DNA of 64,000 bases from Botryllus schlosseri (Eukaryota): contig CM119371.1 of NCBI GenBank assembly GCA_051294905.1, forward strand, positions 9,426,001 to 9,490,000, read 5' to 3'. Numbering within the stretch: the stretch's first letter is position 1; each line of letters opens with the position of its first letter. Made by a program: the position numbers and the translations under genes. Below the pieces are notes generated by a model. It saw nothing but the letters and a program-made list of their open reading frames with translations, did not search any database and was not told the origin of the DNA. Of this stretch, positions 50,801 through 64,000 are shown in pieces.

Positions 50801-53800
50801 AAGGCTATGCACGTCTTGTGCGGAGTATCGCGACAGTGAACATATTTTTGGTGTGACGAAACAAGATCGTTGTTTACATGTTAATGCATGTCGATTACCG
50901 AGTAGCTGTACAACAGAGAGGAGTCTACAGTTAGTTCGTGCTGTATGTCCCGATGAAAACCACAAGACCACATGTAAATCTATTCGCGCAACTCGATGAT
51001 GTTGATATAGTGTTACTAAAATTAATTATTACCTATTTACACAACATAAAAATAACAATTCATGTCGTAGCAGGTTTCTTGAACTCGTGCTTGATGAAAC
51101 GAATGGTGACAAGTAGGTTTTGAGTGAAAAATAATTATTTAGAGTAGTGACATTTTGTGACCAACGAATGTAAATCGATCATGATATTACAATATATGCT
51201 TTCGTCAACATACCGACTTGGCGTAGAAACACTTTCACGTTTTTTGAATAACTGGTTTCTCGAGCCTTGCTATACTTGTACGATGTATCGTTGGTGTGCA
51301 AACTATAACGGCCATTTTGTATGATAGTATGTTTTAGTTGTATTGTTGTGATGACTCAGCACTTTTCGTTAGCAAAGTGGGTTGATTTGTGTGTAAGATG
51401 TAAGCACCGTGCTAGAAAACATATGTACTCTGTTGTTGGAGTAGCTGATTTATTGTTATGACATGGACATATCCTGAAGCCTTGGTTTGTTGTCTTACGA
51501 AAGATGGGGCGACCTCGGTGTCGTAAATTGTGTTAACTAAACTCGTATGGATACCACAATTGTGCTGGCCTTACACCACCAATCATTGTACAGGTTTGTA
51601 GCATGAGCGAATATTTTCGTGTAACATGAATATCTTTCGTATACACTTGGTATGAAATGAGATGTGTGGAACAATAATTAGTGTCGTACAAAGTGTTGTG
51701 TTTGATTGCTTACTTTTGATCAATGTCTTTGTGATGTTAAAAGACGACTGAGTTTTCATTTACATTAAGCGGAGAAACTCATGTAATAAATTTTACTCAT
51801 TTGAAAATCGACTCGCGTGAAAATACCGATTAACAGTATCAATATGAGCAGTATGTTATTTTTCGCGATATGCAACCAATCTTCTAAGCATAACTTGTCA
51901 AAATTTATCGTGTCATAGAAAAGTCGGCTGTTACGAAGTCGAAACAAATGTACTTCGGTTATCACGACAAAGGGAATTGAGATCAACGCAGTATTTCGGA
52001 AGTGAATGTGTATCGTTTGGTATGTTCAGCAATCACTAAATGATAAAAATATGAAACTGTGCATACAACTCGGTTAGGTAAACGATACAGTTACAAGTCG
52101 GATGTGATCTCGATTTACAGATGACAGCTTGATGATGTAAAGCTCAACCACTCCAGTGTGTTTATTGCAAAGTATTTGACACAAACAAAATATTGAACGA
52201 AGGCCCACCGCTTGGTTTCGTTACCCAAGTGAGTGAAAATTGTTCTTGGGTGGACAGATATGATTTGCATTTAGAAAAAATCATCTACGCCGATTAAGTG
52301 ACGCTGTTTAATATCCGATGAGTGAGTGAAATTTCCTTGTGGTTTGATTTAGCGGGTTAATTACCAGCGATTCAATCACATACAAGTAAGATCTTTTACG
52401 GGATGAGTATTGTGACAACATATACTTTGACGAATGACCGTGTGGGGAAATTTCCGATTTCTTTGGTCGTGAGCGTTCTACAAATATTTCTGGCGTACAT
52501 TTAGCAAGCAACCTACAATATTCTTTTGTTATGGTAATGACTTTCGCAAGTTTGGTTTTATGATTACAATTACTTATTCAAATGATAATTTATGATCACT
52601 AACAACAATGCAAACACATTTGTAGATTTCAGTGTAGCTCCTATTGCGATTTTGTTAATGCTATGAGTTTTGTGTATTACTCAAGTCTAGTAGAATAGGA
52701 TGTATCCAGTAAAGATACTCCAAATTGTTTTTGTGTTGATCAAAGTCTTGAAGTGTAAATCTGTAGACTTCACAACGCCTTAGAGAGTGTGAACGGAATT
52801 ATGTATTGATCGCACGCTTCAAACGGTACTCGATACCCAAAGTGATATTTTCACACTTTGTAAGTTGTGTATGTTTCAATGCGCTGTCACAAATCCCGAC
52901 AATAAATCGTATCAATTGCTGGATTCAATAGTAACGACGTGTCATTGTAATATACTGACTCTACACTTAGTCGTTTCAATTAACCGTTGTGAATCGGGAT
53001 AATAAAGCATTTTGTATCGGATGTATGAATACTGGGATAATTACATCTTTAGCGCTGTTTATCGCAAACGATAGATTTTAATAATTGTACTGATTGTTGA
53101 ATGTAATAATTCCGATATTGTCGTTTCATCTTTAGTCTTGGTTACTGGAAATATTTTCTGATATCCACGATACGCAGAGTGATTTTTACCAAGGTGGAGT
53201 AATTTTCCTATCAAGAACATTTCAGACACACATAGTTTTACAGCTTAATATGTTAATAACATTGGCACTGAAAAGTTTGTTGCTGTCATAACATTTACCA
53301 CAACGCCGTGTCTAATTAACGCGAATAATTTAATAATCAAGTCATGATCAACTATAACATATGTCAAATCAATGTGTCAATCCTTATGTTTACAGCATGA
53401 TAACTTTGAATATAACACCAGCGTTCGATTGTAAGAAATGAAGTCGCAACTACGTTGATCAGACTTTCAAATCTCGTATACTCAAACATATTATGTTAAT
53501 CTCAAGTCGCCGACACTGAGAAGTAATTACTTTTGTCTTACAAAATATACCGAGTAGTAATTAGTTTGTCTTGCAGAATATACCGCGTAGTAATTCCTTT
53601 ATCTTACAGAATAGTAACGACTTTTCAAGCTGAATAAAAAAAAAAAGATGTGTAGGGATATGAATACAACCGAACTTGTTATGGATTTTAGGTTTTAGTG
53701 ATTGTATGGACTCGTGTATGTTTGGCTGTTTTTCGTACTGATACTGTTTGAGTTGGTCGGGTAACGGATTTACTTGACAATGTTTTCGTGGTTGACTCTT

Positions 53801-56800
53801 TGAATATCGTAAGATGGTAAGATGTCAAGACGTAATACTATTTCCGTACACTCAATTACAACAAAACATAACCCGCATTCAAATAATCCGTAAGCTACAA
53901 GTGGATTTAAAACTTGATGCTGTTTTGTGGTTAACTCAAGTCAGTATTCATGTTTGTGTTGATTTCGGGAATGCTCATGACGAGTTGGTCGGGTAAATTA
54001 GGTAATGTGGTAGTAACTATGATCTTACCGAGTTGCTGACATTCAAATATCTTTTACGCTGTAATATACGGATTTAATTGTGATAAATTATTTCTCAGTT
54101 ATTGTTCAGACATTCAAATCTCGTATACTCAAAATATAATATGTCCAAGTAAAAACGAATATGCACCGAGTAGTAATTACTTTGTCTTCAGAATAGTAAC
54201 AACCTTTACAATCGAATAAAAAAAGACCGAGCATACGAATACAACCAGGATGAATTAATTCAAATTCATGAGTTGCAGTGATATAATCAAGTAATTGAAA
54301 ACTAGATTTTTAACAATTGGTAATGTTGTGAATAATTCTTTTGAGTATGGTAAGATGTAAAAATATCTCTTTGACAAACGGAAAGCCAGACCGTGAATAG
54401 AGTTGTGATGTTTCATTACTTGTTTCAAATCAATGTATGTATAATATCGAAACGGGACTGTGGGGAAGTTGGTAGTCATGTTTGTCAATCCTATTTCAAT
54501 TCACACTATGTCAAAGTCCAAATATTTCATTTTGGATTATCTGGATTTAGCTTTAGTACACCCCGCGAATGGATTCCGACACCGTACTATAACGTTTTTG
54601 ATAATAAGGACTCGAGGATTTTCAATCAACAATACTGGAATTTTTTGATAATGTTAGAGCTGGCAAATGATTAGTTGCGTGTTTTTGTTAAGAGTTTGAT
54701 TTCGTGTTGATAAAGACAATAACTGTATAATACACATACTTGTGATTCTTGATTCTTGTCGAGTTATAGTTGTGTTGATTCTATAAGTGCGAAAACAGCG
54801 GCGCGGAATGTGCGAATAATTCGATGCGGCTGAAAGTCGGCGTCAGTAATATTCGGTTACGGTCGAATCAAAAGATTTCTCAAAATAATTAGAATTGTAC
54901 CGAATTAACACATTCAGATACGAATCAACTTGGTTTGTGCAGTAAGTTTCATTTCAAGTTGACAAATTGACACATTACTTGTATATTCACATGATTCTTA
55001 TCATACAACTAAAGTCGACCACGTTCCGAAGTGTCAAAACATATAGCAAGCACCAGAAAGTGTCAAATTGTTGGTTTTCGAATCACCGTCTGCGACGGCT
55101 CTGTGACAAACTAATTACCGAAATATTACCTTGTGAGCGATCGGTATGTCTTTAACACCAAATCACTAAAATGGTTATGCCCGAGACATTATCTTGTCAG
55201 CGATCGCGGGGTTTTGCAAACTATTTCACACATTTTTGAAGTGTTAGTTTGTGAACGCGGTTATTTGTTGATCGCTTTTCGTGTCGCTGCTGAATACTGA
55301 ATACTCCTGAATGTAATAGTGCTGACAGGATTAGTGAAATCATCGATAGTAGCACGCGGCTGGCCGTGAAACAATTCCACACACAGGTCATTCGAAATAT
55401 AGGTCGCACTGCTTAATCCTCACAACAAGCCGCGTTTCCGTTTGTGCGGCACGATATACACATTAACAAAGATTCATTCACATGACTATTTACTTGATAC
55501 ATATTCAACACCGGTCGAGAGATGTATATACCCGAAAGTACGAATCACCGCCACACCCATAAGAACGCATGGCGAATCACCAACACAACCTATACGCGAA
55601 AGCACGACATGCGAAAGTACGACGTGCGAGAGATGTCAATACCCGAAAGGGCGATGTGCCACCACGAGTTTTCCATGCGATGTGCGAGAGATGCCTATAC
55701 CCGAAAGTGCGAATCACGACCGCACCCATAAGAACACATGGCGAATCAGTAGACACCGTGTAATAATACACGACGATATACACATTAACAAAGGTTCATT
55801 CACATGACTATTTACTTGATACATATTCAACACGAAGTACGACATGCCAACGACGAAGCCGCGTGCGACCGCTGTCTATACTGAAAAGGGTTACCGTGCG
55901 ACCACAAGACACAATAGCCGCTCGCCACCCCCGCCATAAGACATAAAAGCCGCTCGCCACCCCCGGTTTCTCAGCCGCTTGCGACCTCCGCCATAAGAAA
56001 TAAGAGCCGCTTGCCACCCCCGCCATAAGACGCAATAGCCGCTCGCCACCCCGCCATAAGGCATAAGGAGCCGCTCGCCACCCCCGGTTTTCCAGCCGCT
56101 CGCGACCCCGCCATAAGAAACCAATGGCGCATCACGAGAGATCTACTATACTACTTAAGTTGGGTACCTTGTTTTTCGACTCAAATAAAGTCAGAATGGG
56201 CAGTTGGACACATTGCTGGTTTAACAACTCAGTGGCGTTTGGGTGGGATAAAATTAGGTTCTGTATAGTGACGGTAAAGATTACACTAGCAGACATTCTT
56301 CAACTTTTTTGGCTTTATTTATCATCCAGTGTGCTGTGCCTCTTCTTTACATCGACGAGGCCCACGTGGGTGTCTGATTTCTATAAGACTACTCCAAGTC
56401 GTTTCGACGCCCTCCTATCCTTTCATTGTATCGCAGTCTTGTGATGTTTTGAAAGGAAGAACATATTAATAATTGATACTGATATCACAAACTAGGCCAA
56501 AAATACTTACTTTTGTACATACTTTTAAAAAGTTACTTTTTCTTCTAGTTGAGTACCGATGGTAAGTACTTTGACCACCTCTGATGACGTCACAATGATA
56601 TAGCTATGACCCAACAGCAATGAATACGGCACAGAACAGGCTGCTTTTAGCACTGAAATGCAAAATTTTAAATCACAGATCGTAAAGAATCTTGACGTGA
56701 TAGAAAAAAGCGACTTCATATTCGTAATTAGCGTACGAAAATTGAGTTGCTAGTCACTATTTTGGCAAAAAAGCAAAAATCATGTCGACTAGTGTAACGG

Positions 56801-57760
56801 ACTAAATCAGGAAATATATTATATTAGGGACGGTTCTCAATCGTACGGGCCGCGAAAACATGCGCTATTCGTGAAACTCCACTTTTTCGACTCGGTGCGC
56901 AGGGTGAGTCTTTGGAATTGCACAATGCTGTTTTCTTTTTGGTGCAATGTCACTATCCAATATCTTATGTCACTAATATGCAGCTGCGAAATTGCTGACA
57001 CACGTGGAGATTTAGTTCTAGGGTTTCAGATAATTATGACATCAGTATAGCGAGACACCGTCACTACCGTACTCAATCCGAATCAATAAATGGGGGCACG
57101 CGCATGGTTATTTGCATTTATATGAATTAGACAGCGACTTTATGAGAAGTTTCCGTCACTTGTGTCCAAATTCTGAACTTGTTTATTAATCGTTAGTTCT
57201 CATTGCAATTTACGCTCCGCTCGAAATATCCCGGCGTCAGCAATACATTTGCACGACTGCAGCTGTTATTATAATTCTTGTAAAATACGGGCAACGTGCT
57301 AGTCAAACTGCTAACTAAATATCAATGCTAGTGGGCGTTATAAAATGACATTTTCATTATATTTCTTTATCATGCCGTAGCATAATTCAATTTGGTGTTG
57401 CGTATAATAACTTCATACGCGCCGAACATAATATGATTCGTCTTGGTTGGAGTAGGCTACACGCATGTTGAAGTAAAGAACTAGACGCAGTATTGTCTCC
57501 GTTTTTTCGGTGTAGAACTCATGCATTCTTAGTGAAAAGAGTGTGTATTCACACCCAACGGATAGTTTACGAAGACAGAAATTAAGTCAGAATTATATCG
57601 CGGTGATAAATCCTATGCGCTTACGTGCATACCGTCCTGCGTCTTTCCGTGGCAACGTTATTTGGATTAACATGTTGCATTCGATTTATGAAGTTTTGTA
57701 AGTCTGAGGTAGATTCTAGTACCATTTACTGGGGCTGTATATTCACACCCGTATATCAAG

Positions 57761-59751
57761 CAGAGGTGGTCATAGTAGTCAAGAAAGCTACTCCAGTAGA
57801 AGTAGACGTAGCGACGAAAAAATCTACTTAAGTACGAGTAGAAGTATTTCTTTCATAAGCAACCTAAAACTACTTGAAGTAGAAGTAGAATTGGCTGACT
57901 CTAAATCAACTCAAGTAAGTAAGTAGTTGCGAAAACGATCGTAATTAGTTCACATGGATTGTGAAAAGGTACGAATTGAGCTATGCAAAAGGTGCCGAGC
58001 TTGATTTATATTGATGCATACCAGGAGGCATCCAATTTTCGACAGCATAAGCATTCGTCCGCATAATGGGATAAAAATGATAGTCTTGATATGGAAATGC
58101 GATACTAATCCTCCGTTTACTCGAACAGCACGTTTTAGTGAATATCATGGCATGGCGCCATTCCCCATATTATAAGGCCCGTAGTTTAGTCGAAGAGCAA
58201 TACGAAGAAGTTGAATGTGATACGGTGTAAAGACTTTGCGTGATTAGTAAACGTTAGTAAAAAATATGGTGTATCGTAAAAATGCCATACTGTGTAGCTT
58301 CATTTCCGGAAATTATGGCATTACCACACTCGCTTTTATACTTCAACATGTAAGTTATCTACACAAAAGAATTGATATTAATTAGAACTCAAAGTCTAAG
58401 ATACTGGGAATTGAAAGTGAAATATAAACACTACTTCTAAAAGCGGAACATGTATTTCATGTATTTCATGTATTTAGTCCAGAAAGTTTTGAAGGTTGGT
58501 ATGCTAAAACAGTTCGAAATCTAAAAAAGTCAGAGTCCACTTTCCCAGATTAGGACACGCCATGGACTGCTAGATTACGAAATGATAGGTAAATGCTAGA
58601 TAGCGAAACATCAGTTTCAAATATTATGATGAGCCATAATATTATATACTGTGATGAAATATTTGATATGGCGAAGGGCGACAATGTCATGTGAACGGAA
58701 CCACGCCAACCCGCTACCTAAATTATATTCACCGATACAATCGCGAAATCATACTGGTTAATCCGTATCCACTGCGCGCGAAGCGCGACGGAAATCTGTG
58801 CTTTCCTCAAATTTCATGAAATTTAAGGGCGGAGATAATAATGTTGGATTAGCAATAAAGTCGATCATCGCGTTCATCAGGATTTATCAAGCCGGGATTA
58901 AGGAAACCGGTTGATCGCAGCGCATAAAGTTAGTGTTTATCTCATGATTTAACAAACCGGAAAAAAATATAGATGTATAAAAATTATCTATAAAAATTGC
59001 GTACACTACGTACCATTCCTACGCACAAATCTTTCCGTTAATGACCGTGTCGACTGTCTCATGGGTATTGGCTCACTAAACAATCAACGAATTATGTACC
59101 CGCCATTGCAGAGCAATATCAATATTCCATAATCCGTTACTTAGTTGTACCCTTCCGTACGAATTGGAAACGATTTTCATTTCGCGATTATGATAATTAT
59201 ACTTATTGCAGTGGCAGTATCGTCATCAGCAGGCTGCTGTTCATTCGACAAAATTGACAACTGACGCGTTTTCGGATTATGATGCAACAGATAACGCCAC
59301 TAGATTGAGAACTCGGGACACCTCGACTAACCATCGCGCGTAACCTTTTCCAATTTTATGCGTCGCGATTAGCCGTATTTAATCAGACGATTAGAATTCT
59401 TTTGGATCAGCTACCTTTATTATCTCCGCCTAAAATGCGTCCCGATTAGCAGTTTTTAATCACATGATTAGCATTCTCCCGGATGAGCTACCTTCATTAT
59501 CTCCACCCTAAATGTTCATGATCCGTGAAAACAACCCCGAAATACCTCAGGCTATCTTCCCAATTGGAGAAGTAAATGACTTCTACTTGACAAACTGAAA
59601 ATAGCGAAAAGTAAGTAAGTAGATCACAAAATATTACGAAGTAAAAGTAGAAGTAGCGAAAATCAAATCTACTTGAGTAAGTACCAGAAGTAGAGGAAAA
59701 CTACTTGGGTACTTCGAAAAAGTAGAAGTACTTCGTTACTGACCACCTCTG
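57761..59751. mobile_element. MITE-like element with AGTAGA/AAGTA subterminal repeats; another end near 56583
   Basis: CAGAGGTGGTCA / TGACCACCTCTG ends; no clear TSD. Confidence 0.65.
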
Positions 59752-60809
59752 AGCGTCCCCATGGCTGCTACTCTCTTTGGTCAATCAACGTATAGTGCAA
59801 TCCAAGATTGCACAGGGCACGCCTGGTACATCGAATTCGCGAGGGATATTGGTTGCTGGCGCTACAGCAACTTAAATTTAAGGAAGTTGTAAAGGGGTCC
59901 GAGCAATGCTCCCTCTAATTTTATCACGAGTTTGCGCGCAATCCCCAACTCATTACGCGTTCCCTTGGACAACAGTGCGTAACGGCTGGAAAAAGGTCAC
60001 CACTTCAGATGTTTTGTGCGCAGCTTACATTTTCTGTGCGCAGAGAACGTGTCAGTACTGCGCAATTTCGCGCGTGCGCAGCTTAGAGGGAACATTGGTT
60101 CCGACCCCTCAGCCCTAGATACGCCACTGTCTTTACCTCTCAAACACATGTTTATGCTGCCAAGAGAATTATTATTCTGGCCGTTAAGAAAATTTACTAA
60201 CAAGGTGTTGCAATAACGATAAAATTCAGTAGAAAATTGATAATATGTCAAAGAGCCATATCTTATACCCAAAAGAGCCATAGGTTCCCGACCACTGATA
60301 TATAGGATGCATCGTTGTCCAATGTAAAAAATCTAGCAGGCGTACGGGATCCATCTATATTTGATGTATATATTGTATCATTAAGGCGAAATTCGTGCGA
60401 TTGGGGTGTCGGCTACTATGTATAACTTGTTAATGCGGTAATATCGGCAGGAAGCATAAAAACCTATTTTACACTCTGCTCAATATCAATGTAACAATAG
60501 TCAGACGCCGAATACATTGTCTGGTATGGCCTGGACTGTTAAGGCGTGAGCTTCCCTTCCAATTCCTCGTCTAAATTGTTGGCAAAGCGAAGGAAGATGA
60601 TGATTTTATGGGAATTTTATAACATTTGATTGCTCCAGTTGATACATTTGGTGGCGTTTAAAAAGTCAGCATGTAATTCAGCAATGTGGCATAATGTGGC
60701 TCGAGTCGCCGCTGGGTTTCATGTAGGCGTATATATCAATTCACCGAAATGTAGGGTTCGAATTAGCATTATGACGTCATGTGACGTCATAGGCTCACAC
60801 CATTCCTAA

Positions 60810-62800
60810 CTACCCGATAACGTAGGAAAGTATCTTTCGTTTGAACAAGCTATTTGGGGTACAGAACTTCAGAACAACGCGAAACAATAACTTCATATTG
60901 TAAATTTATTCGCTAAAAGCTTTTCGACTGTCCCTCATCAGTAGCGAACGTCAGTAATAGGGTGAATCAAATTAGAAATGTTGGAACTATTATGTCTGTA
61001 TGACGTAATCATAATAAAAACAAACAACTAGTAGACAGGCAAGACACGGTAGTAACGATACGAAACAAACGTAACGAGTACATATATTCGATTATAAATA
61101 ACCGGAGACAACAACACAGAACATCAATGAAATATTCCAAGACTGTAGAGGCGTTCCTTCTGACGACAGAGAATCGGCGTTCGCAGCTTTATGATCGCAG
61201 ACTCCAGGACCTTCAAATGAAAAAGAGAACGGCCACGAGCAACTATAGAAAATTGACTGTCATTGTAATGATTTGCATATTCTGGATGGGATGAAGATGG
61301 TGTCCAATGGCCGAATTACAAGCAGTAACTTGATCATAATCACGCAGTGTGTCAATAGACTGCGATGATGGAGTAGAAGAAACATTAGTTATTCTAATCG
61401 GCCGTGCGACATGCTGGCGAATTCTCTTGCTGCAAGCGCTGGGACGTGAGACCTACACACCGACTATCACACCGGCACGTGGATTCATAGATTATGTTGC
61501 TTTGATTTGTCGCAGGTAGCACATCCTTTTGGGTTGCAGGCATCAGAAAGTGATAAGACTACGAACTCTGATTTGTCGAAAGAAGGCACGGACCAGCATT
61601 CCTGCCACCGGATAGTATAAACCTTTCGTACTTGAAAATCTTCTCGTCTTGTATGCGACCCGAATCATAACAACTCATACTCGATTCGGATTCGATTACT
61701 GGAATCAGCCCATTTCAAGGCATGTTGAAGCAACCTCTGCAGATACTTTATGGTAGCATATCTGCGGCTGAGGTGGAGACCCTCCGGTCGCAGAGGCAGG
61801 CAGACATAACAAAAGAAGAAGTCTAACGTGAGACATGCTATTGTAACGGTCACATCAGTCAGTGGGAATCAAGTCTGCTACACTTGCTGGGCGCATAACG
61901 CACCATTTGGTGAATAAAGGAAAGACTTGAAACCAGGCAGATCCTGTTGTAAATGTGTGAACGAGGCCATAAAGAACATCGATGTAACTGCGGTCGCTTA
62001 ATGTGCGAATAACTCTGCCGTATAATCGGTAGGTGCGTCGATTTAAGTTCAATCGAATATTTCACAGGTAAGCGCTGTGGACTTCAAATGTGAGCAGCGT
62101 CAATTGTTGCTGCAATGCAGCTGAATCGATTATTGTGTAATTTCGAAGTTGCCTCCGGAAATCTCGTTTTTCCGCTTGAGAGGAATGGATGAAACACGGA
62201 ATTGCGAATATGTCATTGGCGTTATAGCAAAGGCAGTTTAAACTGTGTCGACAAGAAAGGTTGATCCACGCGACTATGTTTGACGCAGGATATGTCACAG
62301 TGCAGGGTTTTGAGTTCGTTGAAATTATAGCCAACTTCACCATATGCCGGATTATCGCCAGTGTATGCTATAGGTTTCTCGAATAGTAGAGTGGGATTAG
62401 CGTCTCGTATGACCGGCTTCAGCTGTAGCCTTCGTAGATGTTATGAGAACGGGACAATGTACGTATTTGAAGGCTGAGATGCTTGTAGGCGTAATGCCGT
62501 TACGATGGTGTTTCAGTGTTTCGACATGAAAAGATTTGTTCGGGTCAATACTTCTTTTATAATGTCGTTGGCGATTGCGTAGCTAGCTATGCCCTTGATT
62601 TACATATTCTATTGATTCTCCTTGACAAGCACTCTCACGAGCACTCCAGATTCAATGTTTTGTTGAGCGGAAAGCAGTTACAGTGGTATAAAACCTATAT
62701 ACGTCTGAGTCTACATCCTGAACTGCTAGGCTATCCGCACTGAGATACTGAATACTATTGGCGAGCTTCCCTCGGTTATTAATTCCCAATGCTGGCATGC
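60810..62800 (-). mobile_element. Decayed Penelope-like retroelement (GIY-YIG endonuclease at about 61124-61560; RT region heavily degraded; boundaries approximate)
   Basis: KDVLPATNQSNIIYESTCRCDSRCVGLTSQRLQQ/RIRQH, SAIGHHL and HLKVLESAIIKLRTPILCRQKERLYSLGIFH* across frameshifts. Confidence 0.85.
60908..60949 (-). ncRNA. Minimal type I hammerhead ribozyme
   Basis: Minus strand GTTCGCTA-CTGATGA-GGGACAGTC-GAAA-AGCTTT-TAGCGAAT: stem I TTCGCTA/TAGCGAA, intact core, palindromic AAGCTT stem III. Confidence 0.8.
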
Positions 62801-62854
62801 ATGCGATGCATTACGCATCAATATCATATGGCGTTTGTGGCTCTAGCCCTAGCA

Positions 62855-64000
62855 CAGTGGTTCTCAACCGGTGTGCCGCGGCACACTAGTGTGCCGTTTA
62901 CGTCTTGCAAGTGTGCCGCGAGCGATTTCATCGAAATTTTGAAATTATGCGCAAAATAATTCTAGTCTAATCCACACGATCATCAACGTAAAATCGAGCT
63001 TGATGTGAAGTTTGTATGCGCATTTGACATATGCTCGTAATCAATATCCGCCGCGAATTACCTTTACTCATCCCGCGTGCTTTGATGGCTGAATTCTAAT
63101 CCTTATTGTCTCCCCAATCACCAGCGAGAAATGAACTCCTTTGAAAGGGACATAGCAATCCACATTGCGATTGTTAGGACCTGTTAGGTAGCGTCGCGGC
63201 ATTTTCGTTAAAATTTAGGCTTGTATAGCACTATCGTTGTGCTACCGGCGATTGATATGAGAATTGAGAAGTAAGGTTGATCAAAATGTAATAGTTAACA
63301 AACTTCCTCGCCGCTGAGGTTATTAACTTGGTTTGTTGGAAATATATTGAACTGCAGGTGGCTGCCAGTAGAACTATTGAGGTATGGCTATATATCCTCA
63401 CGCGATCTGCGTGGAAATGTACTGTATAGCCTACGCCTCTGTATTCGTTGGTGGCGATCGTGCTTGACCTCGTCGATGCGATGGTTGTTGTTGTTTGTGG
63501 TATTCATGGTGTTTGTCGACTACTATGGTCATTTACACCAGGCCGATATTCCGTATTTTTGATTCCGTATCTGCCCACTTCCAGGCTTTTTGTAAGACAT
63601 CGCTTACGTGCAGCACCGTAACTGCCGCACCCCAAACCCCCCAATTGGGGGGGCCCGAGCTCGAAGGGGGCCCAAAATATTTTCGTGAATTAGCATAAAT
63701 CATAAAGTATTTTTTGAAAATTGATGCCAATTTTTCAAAATTTTTTCGCGCTGCGCGCGAATTCATGAAGCCGTTTATCTTTATTATTGGGTATTAGGCC
63801 ATATAACATGCGACTCCAAGAAGTGTGCCAGAACGATCGGCAGCGAGAAAACCTTGGCCGAAAAGGTGAATGCCCTTATGCTGAACGAAGACGGCGTTCT
63901 ATATATAAAATACACATAGGTTTAATTGTACATAGGCGCCTAAATGACTGACGCCGAATGTTCCTGTCTTTGCAATCTGAACCTCACAAGACAAATACCA
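62855..64000. repeat. Cluster: hAT MITE left end (62855), partial SINE (about 63485-63610, minus), inverted copy of the 29970-31420 repeat (63612-64000)
   Basis: CAGTGGTTCTCAACC; SINE tail GTCGACAAACACCATGAATACCAC on minus; reverse-complement matches to 29975-30175 and 31240-31420. Confidence 0.7.

Larger units (their letters stand above)
41928..56155. mobile_element. Non-autonomous palindromic Polinton/Maverick-like element, 14,228 bp
   Basis: AGTAGTATAGTAG...CTACTATACTACT termini; perfect 6-bp TSD TAAGTT (41922-41927, 56156-56161); inverted arms 41928-48588 and 49501-56155, visible as mirrored ORFs in the track; no ORF above about 120 aa. Confidence 0.85.

Noticed and set aside
41959..56124. 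The many mirrored short ORFs in the arms as genes
   Set aside because: All are about 120 aa or less, show no recognisable pPolB, integrase, ATPase, capsid or protease motifs, and are duplicated only because of the palindrome.
41928..56155. Giant palindrome as an assembly or read fold-back artefact
   Set aside because: It has a 6-bp TSD, Polinton-type termini, a unique spacer, a diverged patch between arms and an independent relative at 8758; read-level confirmation is still needed.
57590..57700. Next SLC16 exon (ends in GTAAGT)
   Set aside because: The required phase hits a stop at once, and the start of the region matches the dispersed repeat at 13560-13630.

Overview
AT-rich eukaryotic DNA from an invertebrate animal; the repeat landscape resembles a tunicate or similar marine invertebrate, but this is a guess. 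Two host genes, both with lesions: a single-coding-exon FBXL18-like F-box/LRR gene (281-2223, minus; one frameshift) and five exons of an SLC16/monocarboxylate-transporter-like MFS gene (24026-41920, plus; an in-frame TGA and a frameshift; 3' exons not found). Most of the rest is nested hAT-type MITEs with 8-bp TSDs, tRNA-derived SINEs and LINE remnants. The standout is a 14,228-bp element (41928-56155) that is almost entirely a palindrome: two ~6.65-kb near-identical inverted arms around a 912-bp spacer, AGTAGT...ACTACT termini and a perfect 6-bp TSD (TAAGTT). These are Polinton/Maverick hallmarks, but no core genes are recognisable, so it looks like a non-autonomous fold-back derivative, inserted 7 nt into an intron just behind the splice donor. 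A diverged terminus of the same family lies at 8758. Also notable: a TIR element family filled with 28S rRNA-derived sequence (two copies) and a decayed Penelope-like element with a minimal hammerhead ribozyme (60908-60949, minus). All comparisons were made by eye; no searches were run.
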